Source: Marsupella aquatica
Taxonomy: Eukaryota > Plantae > Marchantiophyta
DNA length: 64,000 bases
Direction of reading: 5' to 3'
NCBI GenBank assembly: GCA_973895155.1
Contig: OZ316897.1
Location: 13,453,375-13,517,374 of the forward strand
Both the position numbers and the translations under genes were made by a program. How positions within the stretch are numbered: position 1 is the stretch's first letter; each line of letters opens with the position of its first letter. Shown here piece after piece: positions 23,500-36,053 of this stretch. The notes beneath the pieces are model-generated. The model was not told where the DNA came from and did not search any database. It saw only the letters and a program-made list of their open reading frames with translations.

Positions 23500-25165
23500 T
23501 AAATGTCTGGAATGATGTTTAAGCAAGTACTTTGTATTTATTTCAATGACAAAGTGGTGCACCAGAACTTTGTTTGGAGAAAACAATGTCAATTGTTTTT
23601 GCACAACATGATGATGCATAGTAGGGATAACATGTTTCTTCAACATTGAATATGTATGCAAGACAGAGTGTGACGAATCTATACACATGATCAAACACAC
23701 ATGCTATGAATTTAAGAATTTCATAACGCAAATCTAGTTGACAATCGTTATCTACTCCAATTGATGAATTGACAATTTTAATTTGATCGATAATTACAAC
23801 AAAATGAAAATAACAACACAAGGAACTTCTTGTCATAACCTTGACAAATTTTAAATATTATATGTCGATACGATACGACAAACCATGATATACTATACAC
23901 AAATGTACATATCCTATGCAGCCAATACTATGCGATAAAGTATGATGTTATACTAAGCGCATGAATTATTTATGAAAATGTAGCGTCTATGTATTCTAGT
24001 ATTTTTTATTGTTGATGTCTTGCACTTCTGATTTCACATCCGCCAATTATTGATGATATCGATGGCGATGAATAGATCATTACAAGTTTTGCTCGCCTAT
24101 TGTTGGTCGATTGACCATAGCATATTTCTTTCATTGTTGAAATCTATCACTGAATAACAAACTATCTGACAAATTATATTCATTCATTGTAAAGTTATCA
24201 ATGGGCCTTGAATCTATTTGTGTCAATGCAAGACTCTCTTGAGTCATTTTTTATTGTTTTGTTGTGTCTCCATTGGTGATATTTATTTCAACAAACTTTA
24301 TCGCTCATACTTCCGTTCATGAAATGATTTTGACACCAATATTTTTTACTCTTCTTCATCCACCTGAATAAGCAAGCATGATGTCATAAATGATCTCATA
24401 TTCTCAAAATAAAAATAGATTCAGGACCCATGGATATAAGCACTAAATACATTTTCCATCCTTTTCATGAACAAATTGGGTCATATTTTCATCTTTTTTC
24501 CATTTGTTGAAAAATATGTCAACATCTTCTGGATCGACCTCCACATCCCCAAAAATGTTAGATTGTCCTGTATGATTGATTAATCATTTGTAAATTCACA
24601 AAATTGTAATTGGTGCATTTTTATTTATCTTTGTCTGACTGACCATCCAAATCAATATTGTTCATTTGCTCTATCTCCTATTGTAGATTCATTATGATCA
24701 TCTCTTATGATGCAAGTTGATTCTTCAAATCATCAATGACTCTATTTCTATGTTGAACTTACGTCATTTGATTACATTGATTTTCTTTTAAAGAAAATTG
24801 TTTGTTGAGCCTTGTGATCTTCTCCATCTTGTCATATAGTTGCACCTTGTATTCCTTGACCTCAAAAGTAGTCATTGTTTGACTGGACACTTTTTCCAAT
24901 GCTTTCATCTTCAAATGATTGTCTTGCAACTTTGATTTGTAGTAGTCAATGCTGCCAACTTCACAAAGCTCAAGACAAAACTTTGTGCAAAGATTGTTCT
25001 TGATCAAATGACCAATCTCTGTTCCCAAACTCTTGTATACATTCTTCATGTATGTTCAATGTTTGTTTGTTGGAATCTAAAACACCAATCAACTTTTCTG
25101 GTATATTGGTTACACTTGCAGAGACCGAAATGTTTGACCTTTTCATAGTGTTGTTCTCCAAATTG
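23500..25165 (-). pseudogene. Decayed ORF with coiled-coil N-terminal part and Cys/His-rich (RING-like?) C-terminal part
   Basis: Fragments 24970-25161, 24759-25049 (K/E/Q-rich) and 23543-23836. Hand translation gives IGCIGYVHLCIVYHGF...KIC and ACVFDHVY...CLAYIF...TC. Confidence 0.3.
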
Positions 25166-25239
25166 TTTAGTGTGCTGTAACTTTTGGATTTTGGGAGAGA
25201 CCAAAATAGAAGATTTAAGCAAGTGTTATGCTTTCAAAT

Positions 25240-26817
25240 TCTTGTGGGGACACGGCAAAATTTGAGTGGAGGGCTATGTGGATGGACATTTTTTTTGGAT
25301 TTCTTCAACTAAAGCTTATTCTGGGATTTTTGTTACTTTTTATGGAGAAAACGAGATGTCTAAACGATTTCTAAGATATATAATGCAATTGAAGAAGTTG
25401 AATTATGTACTATTTTATTTAAAATATTCTAGACCTAAAAAATGGCTGAAATCCTGGCAGTAGGTAGAGTAGACGTAAAAGATTACCCTGGAAATATTTC
25501 AACTTCATTGGAAATGTGGTTAGGAAGTTATGAATTTTCAAAGTTAACAAATCTTCATCCGCACTATTTTTAGCGACGCCTCGTAAACGTCTACCACTGT
25601 CGATGACAAAAAGTACTCGACGCTTTGCAAAGTGTCCACCTATTTTCTTCCCGACACTCAGAAAAATTTAGGTTAGACTGCATTTTTATCCAACAATACT
25701 TTTGTCCGATTTCTTTGAAGTACTTAGACCACTCGGAAAAGTTTGAAATTTTGCCTGCTTGCAGAATGAAGGTAGTACCTGCCATTGCGTGGAAATTGAC
25801 ATTTTGGGTGTTAAGGATTATGAATTAAAATTAGACAAAGATAATCAATTATTATTTTTTGTCAGAAAAACCTAATCATCACACTTAGTCATTTCCGCCC
25901 CCAAACTTAGTTTTTGTAGGAACCTACTATTAGAGTAATATTTTATCAAGCTTAGTTAGACTCAAAATGATATAATTTTCCATATCACCATTATGTTAGG
26001 GCCTTAAACCTATAAAGTCTTTTAGAGTCGCTTCTTGATTAGGGGCCAAACCATTATTTAGTAATGGAGGTTGCTGATTAATTTTTCCTCCTTCCATTGT
26101 AACAAGTCATTGATAATCAAAGTCTTGTATGGAAGTAAAACTTTAATTTTGAAGTGTGATAAAATTTAAGACTCTTTTGTGGTGATTGAGTTTAATGATT
26201 TGCTTCTGCAATTCACATCGAGTTCACTGCTAGGCTTGCTCGTTGTGACGAGATTCGCTAGCCAATTTGAGGATGAATGTTGTAAGTGTGATAAACAAAA
26301 TTCCATTTTCAAGGGAATTAGTACCATTACCATGCACTGCAATAAACCTTAGAATTTGACTTAAGTTGTGTATCACACTTAATTGAATCATGTTGATGGC
26401 ATCTTAAGGCTTATCTTTGCATTTGTAACCAAAAAATTACTTTGGGTTTGGTGAGCAGAGGTCTTACATCCAACATTATTATAGGTTAGAGAAAGGATGA
26501 TTGGAGAGTGATTGGAAGTTATCATTTTATATATATAATAAGACCAAAGTCCTTTCTGAAGGAGTGACAGTGTTAAAATGATAATTAAATCATCACAGTC
26601 TAAGTTATCTCCATCTATAACTCAGAAGGTTTTGTACTGGTGTTTTGATGAATTTCTTTACTTCTCTTAGGAGTAAGTAAGAGAAATAGAGAGCAAGAGG
26701 CTATAAGCTCTCAAAAGGATAAAAATATTCAATCCGATCCAATTTTGTTCTTAAAGGGATCGATACCTTAGTCTTTAAGTGAGAAGTATCACTTTTGGTT
26801 CTTCCATCTATACCACA
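25240..26817 (+). mobile_element. 3' end of a Ty3/gypsy element: PPT plus LTR (25277-26817), related to the LTR at 43323-44570
   Basis: GACACGGCAAAATTTGAGTGGAGGGCTA|TGTGG matches the reverse complement of ~44566-44600. LTR ends CCACA. 26640-26800 is homologous to 43345-43480 in reverse. Confidence 0.75.
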
Positions 26818-26818
26818 C

Positions 26819-29690
26819 TGTTTAGACTTCCTCACACCGAAAAGGAGTAGATTTGTTTCCGTTCCCAGAAATGCATTTTTATCAAGTCTATCGAGTATTT
26901 TTTTCCTTCATCGCTTTTGATCAAGTCCCATGGACTACACTTTCTTCCTTCCTTTTGGTGCCAGTTGCGAATACAACTTTCACCTACTCGTAATTGCTCC
27001 GGCGTTGCCTAACTCCAGCGTTGAGCCCCTCTTAGATTTTCTACCATCATGGCCATTAGGGATGCGACTAACAAAGAGGAGGCTAGTAAGAGCAAGGACA
27101 AGACTTGAGAAAAGCGCGCTCCAATTAACTTTATTGGGCCCATTGCCGATCACGGAAATATGAACTATTTTTCCAACGGATCACCATAGAGGCCCAAGAA
27201 GCCCCACATGAGCCCGATCATGGGGTCGCATATTTCTCGGCCAACGGACCCAGGGGCCAAAAGTTATGGCCGACTCAAGCCGCATGCTTGTAGTTTGGGC
27301 CCATTGCCGATCATGGAAAAATAAACTATTTTTCCAACGGATCACCATAGGGGCCTGAGAAGCCCCACATGAGCCCGATCATGGGGCCGCATATTTTTTG
27401 GCCAACGGACCTAGGGGCCAAAAGTTATGACCGATTTAGACTCGAGTTTTGAAGCGGAAACAAACATAACTCGACGACCGGATCTCCGTTGGGGGAGTTC
27501 TTGGGCTCGTTGGAAAGCTAATGAAGAAAGCTACCTCAGGGTTCTCTCATTGTGCATTGGATGATTTTGGTTTTGAGGCTTGCAATGGGGGGAGTCCCTC
27601 TTGCCGATCCGAAGTCGAACAGTGACCAAACCGCATTTGGTTCCCACGGAGACCTGATGTTGGAGAGGTAGAACCAAGTAAACTCTAGGGGCTGTCATTG
27701 AGATCTGGTCCCGATGCATGGTGAGAGGTTGAGCGGAACCCGGTTTCGCAGAGAGGTGGCTAAGATCTAGAAACTAAATGGTCCCGGCGTGTTACTACTA
27801 GTTTGTGAAAAACTGAGTTTGGGCCATGGGCATGTCCTGGAGGCAAGGCGGTCAGCCATTGACGGGTAGAAAGTAGGGAAGCTTGGGCGACATCCGGTAG
27901 ATAGACTGTTCAGGACGAACAGTGATGTCGACCTTAGTTTCAACTTATGGCAAGGCCATGCGGGCCTGGGAGGCTCTATCCGCTGACCTACTTACTAACG
28001 ACTGTTGAGCTTGAGGCAAGACAATGGTCTTGGAAGTTCCGAGATCAAGACAAGTTCTTACCGGTTGGTTGGTTGCTTGTGCAGATAGCAAAGACCGTTG
28101 AGCGACGGTTGTGCTGACGAGGGCAAGTGCAGCTTCGTATGGGAGGGGTCGCTAACGACAAGGAGTATAGTCGGGGAGAACTTCCCCCAACATTCCGTGT
28201 TAGTGCAAGGTTCGACTTGTTTCAAGGCTGAGAAACGAGTTTGGACGGGCACGTGGTGGGAGGGCCACCACTTGTGGTATCAGAGCATACGCTTTCATAG
28301 ACGTCAGGGCCAAACGTCAAGTTAAGTCAGAATCCAAAAGAAAATAAGCATTTTTTTTTGCGGGACCTTATCTTAACGGCTTGGGCTTGGTGGTGCGACT
28401 GAACGCATTTGCAATAGATCTTGGGATGGCCAAGGGGGAAGGGCGAAAGCGACGTATCAAGGCAAAATCAATGGCTGAAGTGGCTCATGCCCCTCCATTC
28501 ACTCCAATGAGTGGGACGTCAGTAGGGGGCTTCATTCTGCCCCTCTTACTTTGTCGGAAATCTCTGGATATCGACGTAAGAGTAAGGCAATTGATACGAC
28601 CCCCGCTAGCGTCGCACGCCTTGGCGATCCACGGGCTGACTACTTTGAAAAAGAGGAAGGTAGCCCTGCCACTCACGAGCTTGACTTTTCAGATGATGAG
28701 CAGGATGATTTGATTATGGATAATCTGGGGCTTGATGGTGAAGATATTGCAGGTGATTCTGAGCCCCCACCAGTCAAGGAAGCCTTTTTAGAGGAGGAAC
28801 CGGGGACTCAAGAAAGGAGACCAAAGGAGAGACATTCATCAGGCACAACCATGTTACCAAGTAGGCCCGTGACCTTCTTGGACCAGCTAACCGCCGAGCA
28901 GCGCCAAATTTATTTGGCGCTTGATGTTGACAAAAATGCCCAGTTAATTTACATTTTAAACTTGGGCAAAGAACTTGCCAAAAGCGACAAGGGTGACTGG
29001 CCTAATAGATGGGGTATGGTGCAAGTCAATCAGTTGCCCACACCCCCGACTTATGATGGAGCCTATGAACAAAGTGGACAAAAGTTTCGGCAATGGCTCA
29101 CTACTATGGAGATCCATCTCCAAGCATGTGCTGCCCCATCCATTTGGGCCTCCGTTGCCGCCCCGTATCTGCGAGAGTATGCCTTAACTTGGTACAAGTC
29201 TTGGGCAAAGACTCTCGAGGCTAGTGGTCAACCGCTCGTTTGGAAAGACATGGTTGAAGGTCTCCGGCTCAATGTCACCACCAAGTATCCGGAGCGACAT
29301 GCAAAGAAGTGTGTCTCTGAAATGACTTATAGAGGCGATATACAAAAGTATATCGCCTACTATCAGATGTAATTGGCGTGTATTCCGGAAGGGGATGAAA
29401 CCCTTTCAACGCAATTGCATAATTTCATTGTCAAGCTTCCACCGTTGCTCCGCGAGAAATTGCAAGATAGGCAGCATGAGTTTAAACAACTCACTAATGC
29501 CTTTGACCGAGCCACGACGTTGGTGAACAATCGTCCTGGTTTGGCTAAGGTTGGTGGCAAAGAGCAATCCGAGCTGGCGGAGAGTAAGAAACTCAAAGTT
29601 TTTGGTGCTAAGCGTAAGTGTTGTTGAGGCCACAAGTGAGGCAATGTGCTTTCGGTAAGCCGTCCAGTACCCCTATATACGTGCAATCAA
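26819..29690 (+). mobile_element. Truncated Ty3/gypsy element: LTR, PBS and gag remnant
   Basis: PBS TGGTATCAGAGC at 28275-28286. Two ~140-bp repeats 161 bp apart at 27134/27295. Left boundary is tentative. Confidence 0.7.
28551..29627 (+). pseudogene. Retrotransposon gag (capsid) remnant
   Basis: PPTYDG...FRQWLTTME...YLREYALTWY...WKDMVEGLR. In-frame stop at 29370-72. No pol follows. Confidence 0.75.
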
Positions 29691-30145
29691 AAACTCAGGC
29701 CTATCCCTCATCCACTCCTCTTAGGCCTGCTCGTCTAGCCTTAAGAGTGCTCCCATAATCTTTCCCCACAACCACAAGGCCCGAACAACCCCCAACTTTA
29801 GCTTGGTATAGCCAAGGTTCACTCAACAGTCCACGTACCCTATTCCGTCACTCTTCTCACAACTCAAGTACCCCGGGGGTTGTTGTCCAGAATTCCTAAC
29901 TCCCTTCCATTCTTCCCAGAATTCAGTAGCGCTAAAACAAAGGGAGAGTCTTGCTGGAGAACTTATGCCCAAGCGGGAGTGGAGAATGAAGCATAATAAG
30001 AAAAGTGGAGGGTTTAAGTAGGCTTACAACAGAGTGACCCTTTGGTCATTCCCCCTTCCAAGCCAAACCCCTCTCCAATCCTTCTTGCTCATATCTCTCC
30101 AAGTGTAGCGATTATCATGGCTTGGGGTCATGCACCAACTACTCC

Positions 30146-30262
30146 CATGACAAAGTGTCATATTTTTCAGAGCATCAACTACTCCTGTGACAAAGTGTCA
30201 CGTTTTTCAGAGCATCAACTACTCTCGTGACAAATGACAAAGTATCCCATATTTCAGAGCAC
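30146..30262. repeat. Three ~40-bp tandem repeats
   Basis: TGACAAAGT(G/A)TC....TTTCAGAGCA repeated three times within an unassigned LTR-like segment (29690-31550). Confidence 0.7.
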
Positions 30263-31664
30263 ATCGTCCCTTAAAATGTGCCCAACCACTCTCGTCTTTT
30301 TTCTCTCTCTCTCCAATGTTTGTGTATATAGGGAGACGCGTCGGCTTGTCCTTCCTTCTCTTCTTTTACAAAATGCCTCAGACTTGGCGCCCAGCCCCAG
30401 CCTTTCAAAAAGAAGAATAAAAATGATTTATTTAAAAAATATCCCCGGTCTCATGCCCATCGGGGAGTCCTAAAAAAACTAAATCTAGTCTTTCCTAAAA
30501 ACTTGCGCAGCCCCATGCAACTCTTTCCCATGTACTCACAAATCTCCCAACTCGCTTCCCTATGCAGAGGTCGACTCGCTATCAGCCCCTTTCTCCCTTG
30601 TTGGCCCGCTCCCAAGGCCTCCCCCCATGATTGGGGAATTTATTTATTTATTCTCCCTCTTTCTTGGCCTGCTCCCAAGACCGGGCTCTTAATCCCCCCT
30701 CCACCTTCTCGCTGCCCCTCCCACAAAGGCACAAGGCCCTATGGGCCTACCCCAGCTCTCAAGGCCTCCACCTTTGCCCTCTTGCTGCCTCGTGGCTCCC
30801 CAAGGAAGGGGAGCATTTAATTGGCCCCTTCCCCTCTCTAGCGCAAGACCCTATGCGGGGCTCCTTGCCTCCTTCGTCCGCCACCTACTTTCCCCAAATG
30901 CGGGGAGCCTTAATATCTCCTCGCCCTCTCTATCCCCTGGTGCGCGTTTCTATGCACCCCCTAAGCCAAGCTCGTAGCTTGCCACCTGGGCGGGGAGCAT
31001 TAAATTCCCCCCGGCTCATCCTATCTACTCCGCTTGACCTTGGCTCACCGCCCTATGTGGCCTCATGTTGCCAGGCTCGCCCTCCTTTTGGGGTTTCTCT
31101 TTTGGTCACCCCTTTGATCCTCCCCTATCGGGGCGTATGCGCACTCACCTGTTGTGTCAACAGTCAGGCTCCTCCTTCCGTGGTCCTTAATAGAATAGTT
31201 TTAAACCCCTCTAAAGCCCCCCAGCTTTATAAACAAAGTTGGGCCTCCTAAAAGGGTCCCCCACAACCGGGGTCCCAAAAATTAATGGGTGGTACCCCCT
31301 TAAGATGCCCAAATTTATGCCCTCTAGCTTGGAATGATCAACATGAAAAACCACTAAGAAATAAAAATGAGTTACTACCCAATTCCAAGGGCTCCGCCCC
31401 TTGGTTCATCATGAACTCATAATGGCATAATTAACTTAGTTATGCTAAAGAAAAAATATATATTGGACATAGGATGTGTACATCTGGCTTATTTACAAAA
31501 AAAACTCTTGTTAAACAGCTAACATTGGTTTTGGCCCCGGGGACCCCTTCACACAAAACACAATAAAGTGAAATCATAAGTACATTTAAATTCATATGAC
31601 ATGATTGAATAGATAATTGTTCATGTCATACTTGATTGTTATTCATGATCAAACTATGTAATCC

Positions 31665-33110
31665 CTAATCTCTCAGATAAGAACTATTGTACTGAACTAA
31701 TCTACAATCCTGGAATGTTCTCATCATCCTCAAACTCCAATGAACACAATTCATTCTTTTATTAACATCAATGGCCATCATGTCACGTATCATAACCTCC
31801 AATTTAGGATCACGCTCTCTAGCATTCCAACCCCTATCCAAATATCGTGTCATTGGGCTCATTCCATCCCAAGTTTTTGTAAGTAATGTCTCAAACAGAT
31901 TGCCCAAAGCATATATATTAGTTGCTTGGCCTGCACTCTATTGGATCAAGGTGATCTAGCTCAGGTGCTAATTATTGGTATTCTTTTTGGTACGCAACAT
32001 TTTCTCTATTGGATGGGCCACATTCAATTCTGTGGTAATGTGCATTGTGATTTGTGTTTGGACAACCCAAAATCACACATTCCTACATAAACTTTGATCG
32101 TCAAATCATCCTTGTGATCAAAGTGAAGACGAATATTTCCAAAGTGAAGGTCACAATGGAAACGGTCGTGTGCATGCAAGTATTGCAATTTCCAATAAAG
32201 CCATACCAATCCCCAAACATGTTTCAAAAAAGTTTTTTTTTATATGAATGTGACATCGACTTCATAATTGGATTGTGACTTCCCTTTGCTCTTACTCTAT
32301 TTTTTACACTTATCTATAAAGCTTCTCAAATCACCTTCATTGTAATGATCATATATAAGTTTTGATGGATCTTCGATGATTATTGCCAAGGCTCCAATGA
32401 TTTCTTTCTGATTCAAGCCTCCCATTAGCACTTTTGTAATGCATCTGTTTGTCTCTTGTGCCGGTCTCCATCCTTGAATTATTTTGCAACTAGCGTTGCG
32501 TTTTGAGGAATCAATGGGCAATCCAATTATATACGACATATGAACATATGTCGTTGGATGCCAGTTTTGATGCGATATAAATTCTATACTTGCTTCCTCC
32601 TTGAGAAATAAATACTCCTAACCATGGGAAGAACTCATGATGGACGTGTACCTCTATGTGCCACTTCGATGTCAACCTCTCCAAACTGCATGACCTTGCT
32701 TGCATATTTCACATTACTCTCCAATTTGGCCATTGCTAACTAGACTTTGCTCTATTTTGCTAGCAAATCTTTTTTTTGTGTATATAGCCCGGGAACTCCA
32801 AGCATTAGTGACCCAACCTCATCCAAATTGGTTTCCAACTTGTCCCAAAGATTTATCGCAAAGTTCAACACCAGATGTTCAACAAATCTAGACAGCTTCT
32901 CAAAATTACTTACTAAACTCAACAATTTTATTTTGTGTCATGTCTTCTTCTTTCTCTACCGCCTTGCTCATACAACGCACCATGTCATTCATAAGGTTTT
33001 TGTAACCTTGCGCTCCATGCATGGCATACTTCCTCTCAAAACCATCCTGCTCATATTGTCCTGGCAAAGTATAGGGATATAGAGCCTCTTTCCAAATCGC
33101 CACTAACACA
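31665..33110 (-). pseudogene. Protein kinase remnant (HCDLH...DFG type)
   Basis: LIYDHYNEGDLRSFI (hinge), LQYLHAHDRFHCDLHFGNIRLHF (catalytic loop), VGMCDFGLSK, ATNIYALGNLF (subdomain IX-like) and MMAIDVNKR (XI). Stops and frameshifts. Confidence 0.8.
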
Positions 33111-33559
33111 CATTGTCTTTTTCTTTCAATGCAACATCCATTTCTCCTCCTCTGTATTTTTTCTTCCCTAATGTTTTGGCTTTGTTACTACATTCTAAGG
33201 TTTTGTGAGCATTCCTCAAGCAAGGAGGGCATGAGCATTTGGCTGGTATCCCTCACTCAACATGGTCAACATTGTCTCAAACAATTGCCTATACTCTACA
33301 CCCATATGTGCGTTGGCCAAGTTTTTAACTAACCAGAATAATATGTAGGACAGAGAATAGACATTTACAGTGCGTGTTGGCTGGTTGGCAAGGGGTACAG
33401 ATGAAGTGTGTACTGTAATGAAGCTGGATCAGGAAATATTGAAATATCATTATACACCTTGTGTTGGTACTAACATAACCTAGGCAATATCATCATAATA
33501 TTTATTTTTTTTCATTTTTTATTACTTTGAATGTAACAATGATGAAAGGGAAAAACAAC

Positions 33560-33895
33560 TATGTGAAATACCACTGAAACTCCATGATGCATGCGCACAA
33601 AATTTATCCTTTCCTTCAAGTTGTTACATTATTCTTACTTCAATCTATGTGATGTACCTATAGTTTAGATATCATTTATAAATCAAGTGAAAATATTCAC
33701 AAGGAATTGAAATATCCATGCAAAGTATTACACGCCAAGCGGAAACTCCAAGCATGCATACATAAAAATTAAATCTCTATCCTCGCAAATTCTCCATTCA
33801 ACTCACAAATGACACTAAATTATTAAGGCAATATTAGGTTCTCTCATACAAAATACCACACGCCAAGCATAAGCTCCAAGCATGCGCATACGTGA
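33560..33895 (-). repeat. Right array: inverted mirror of the 20540-20875 motif array
   Basis: CTCCAAGCATGC-type copies at ~33580, 33745 and 33873. Spacing (~160, ~130) mirrors the left array (~130, ~160). Confidence 0.8.
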
Positions 33896-33989
33896 GAACC
33901 ATAATACTCCTATAAATTTTAAAACTAAATTTATAATAGTCATACAAGTATACAACATGCAAGGCAAAGCATAAGCAACAAAATACTCA

Positions 33990-36053
33990 CCAAATGAGCC
34001 TTCCAGAATTCATGGTAGTCATCCATGGGTGGCCCCTCCAAATGCTGAAATAATTCCTTCCATGCCATGAAAGGGGTAAACAATGTGGCGTTACGCAATG
34101 TTTGCATATCGCACCACGTATCAAACTCTTGGATGAAGACATCCAGATCTCGTACCAACTACAACAGAGTATTGTCGTGGGTCCTTTGTAGCCCCGTACA
34201 TCTCTTTCATATCCCACAACAAAGGTGCAATGACCTGATGATGAGAAGCACTGGTCATAGAGTCCTCGTTAGAATCATTATCAAAAGTTGTGCCACTGAC
34301 TACTACCAATGTCACTGGCCAAAACTGTGCCCCACTCCGAGTGAAACCGGTCCATCGTCCATCGGGTAACCCAGCAGCACCAGAAGAATCCATGGTGACC
34401 AACCTAACCTAATCTATATGCTAACCTTGAGGGCAATATGTCCGTGTCAACAACACAAGCACTCACCATGGTGTGTTGGGCATCACTCCAACATCACCAA
34501 GAGAGAAATACGTTGTCGTAAAGAAATGAGTTTTGGAATTAGAATACCTCACATATAGTTTCTCACTCCATTAGACATTATTAAAAATTAAATAAAAATA
34601 AATAATGTGACTTTAAAGAGTAGTCATTTATAAATTATTAGATATAATAGACCAAAATCATAGAATAGGTAAAAATAAAATAGTATACCAAAATAATAGT
34701 ATACCAAATGAGTATAGTAGACCAAATGAGTATAGTAGGCCAAGATAATAGAATAGGACAAAAATAAGATAGTGGACAAAAAAGTGGGCTAGCAAATTGT
34801 AGATAGTCCACTTTACAAAATAGTGTGCTAAGATAGTGGGCAAAATAGTGGGCTAGCAAATTGTGGATAGTCCACTTTACAAAATAGCGTGCTAAGATAG
34901 TGGTCAAAAAAATGGGCTAGCAAATTGTGGGTGGTCAACATTTCAAAGTATAAATAGAAGGGAACTTGCTTCCCATAGGGCATTTTGTTCCCACTATTGA
35001 GAGTGGAGTCCATGGTTTGCCTTGATATAACGGAGGGCTATGCCGCCGGTTTTCATGATGGAAGGAATTGAGGATTTTTCTTATGGTCATGGCTATGCCA
35101 CCACTTGAGCACCTTAAGTTAAATACTGAAATCTGGCAAGGACTGCTATGTCGCCTGTATCAAGGATATATTATCAAAGGTTAACTTGTACCTTAGGTTT
35201 AGCTATTCTCATAGATTGTGAATGATGTTGCATGGGTTGTCAAGAGTGCATAGACCGCCGGGAGTGGTTGTCAACCCATTTTTTATTAGATTACATTGTT
35301 TAGATAAAAATATAATGCGTCAAACGCTTATGTATCAGTTTGGTATAGATTTTGCCACCATGGTTATGAATTCAAATATTCCACTCATATATCCCGTAGT
35401 TACTTATGAAGAAGAGTGGGTGTGTACTATCTATATTTTGTATTAGAAAAGATGGATTTGAATCAGGTCCCAAGTCCAATCTTAAATTTGATGTCTTCCT
35501 TGAGTCTAAGATTATTGTGCGAAGGAAGATAGCGTGTAGGAAAATCTTAATAAGAAAGTTTGGAGAAGAGTCGTATAATATTGTAGTATCTTTGGAAGAA
35601 GCTCTAATACTTTACGGGGATCATCCAAGGGGAACTTTAAATATTTTTGTGCTTGTATAGTTCAGGTGAGTAGTCGTATTTGCACAGGCAGCAAGGCCCA
35701 ATGCCTCTTGAGTAGTTTAAAACCCCAAGACAACGTAGCACAACTAGAATGTTCGGTTGCAAACCCGGATCACTCCTATAGAATCAAGCGCCCACACAAC
35801 ACTAACACATCGCATGGGCAGGAAGCATGTGTGGAGAGAATCCAACAACAAGAAGCAGGTTTATCACAACTCTTCGCACCAATCAATCAGAAATACGTGA
35901 AAATAATGTTTATATAGTTCAATGTAGGGCCTTCATAATAGGCCTTAAGAATCCCACGTCAAATATTCAAGAATCCATCGCAAACTAGTTCAAATAGAGT
36001 AGCTAGATGAATTCAAAAGTGCATAGAACCCCTAGGGCCTCATTCTTTGGACA
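33990..36053 (-). mobile_element. Truncated gypsy-like 5' fragment (gag N-terminus plus LTR interrupted by solo LTR A2)
   Basis: ORF 33940-34158 RDLDVFIQEFDTWCD...LFQHLEGPPMDDYHEF is capsid-like. Putative LTR edge TGTCAACAACAC at 34445 is the same 12-mer as 16737. The far boundary is tentative. Confidence 0.45.
34514..35732. mobile_element. Solo LTR, family A copy 2 (~1.2 kb)
   Basis: TGTC...GACA ends and perfect 4-bp TSD ACGT (34510-13 / 35733-36). Near-identical to 13328-14525. Confidence 0.88.

Noticed and set aside
20400-25200. Endogenous giant-virus (NCLDV) or Maverick segment suggested by AT-rich intronless ORFs and long inverted arms
   Set aside because: No capsid, PolB, packaging ATPase or primase motifs were seen. 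The recognisable gene is a hAT transposase.
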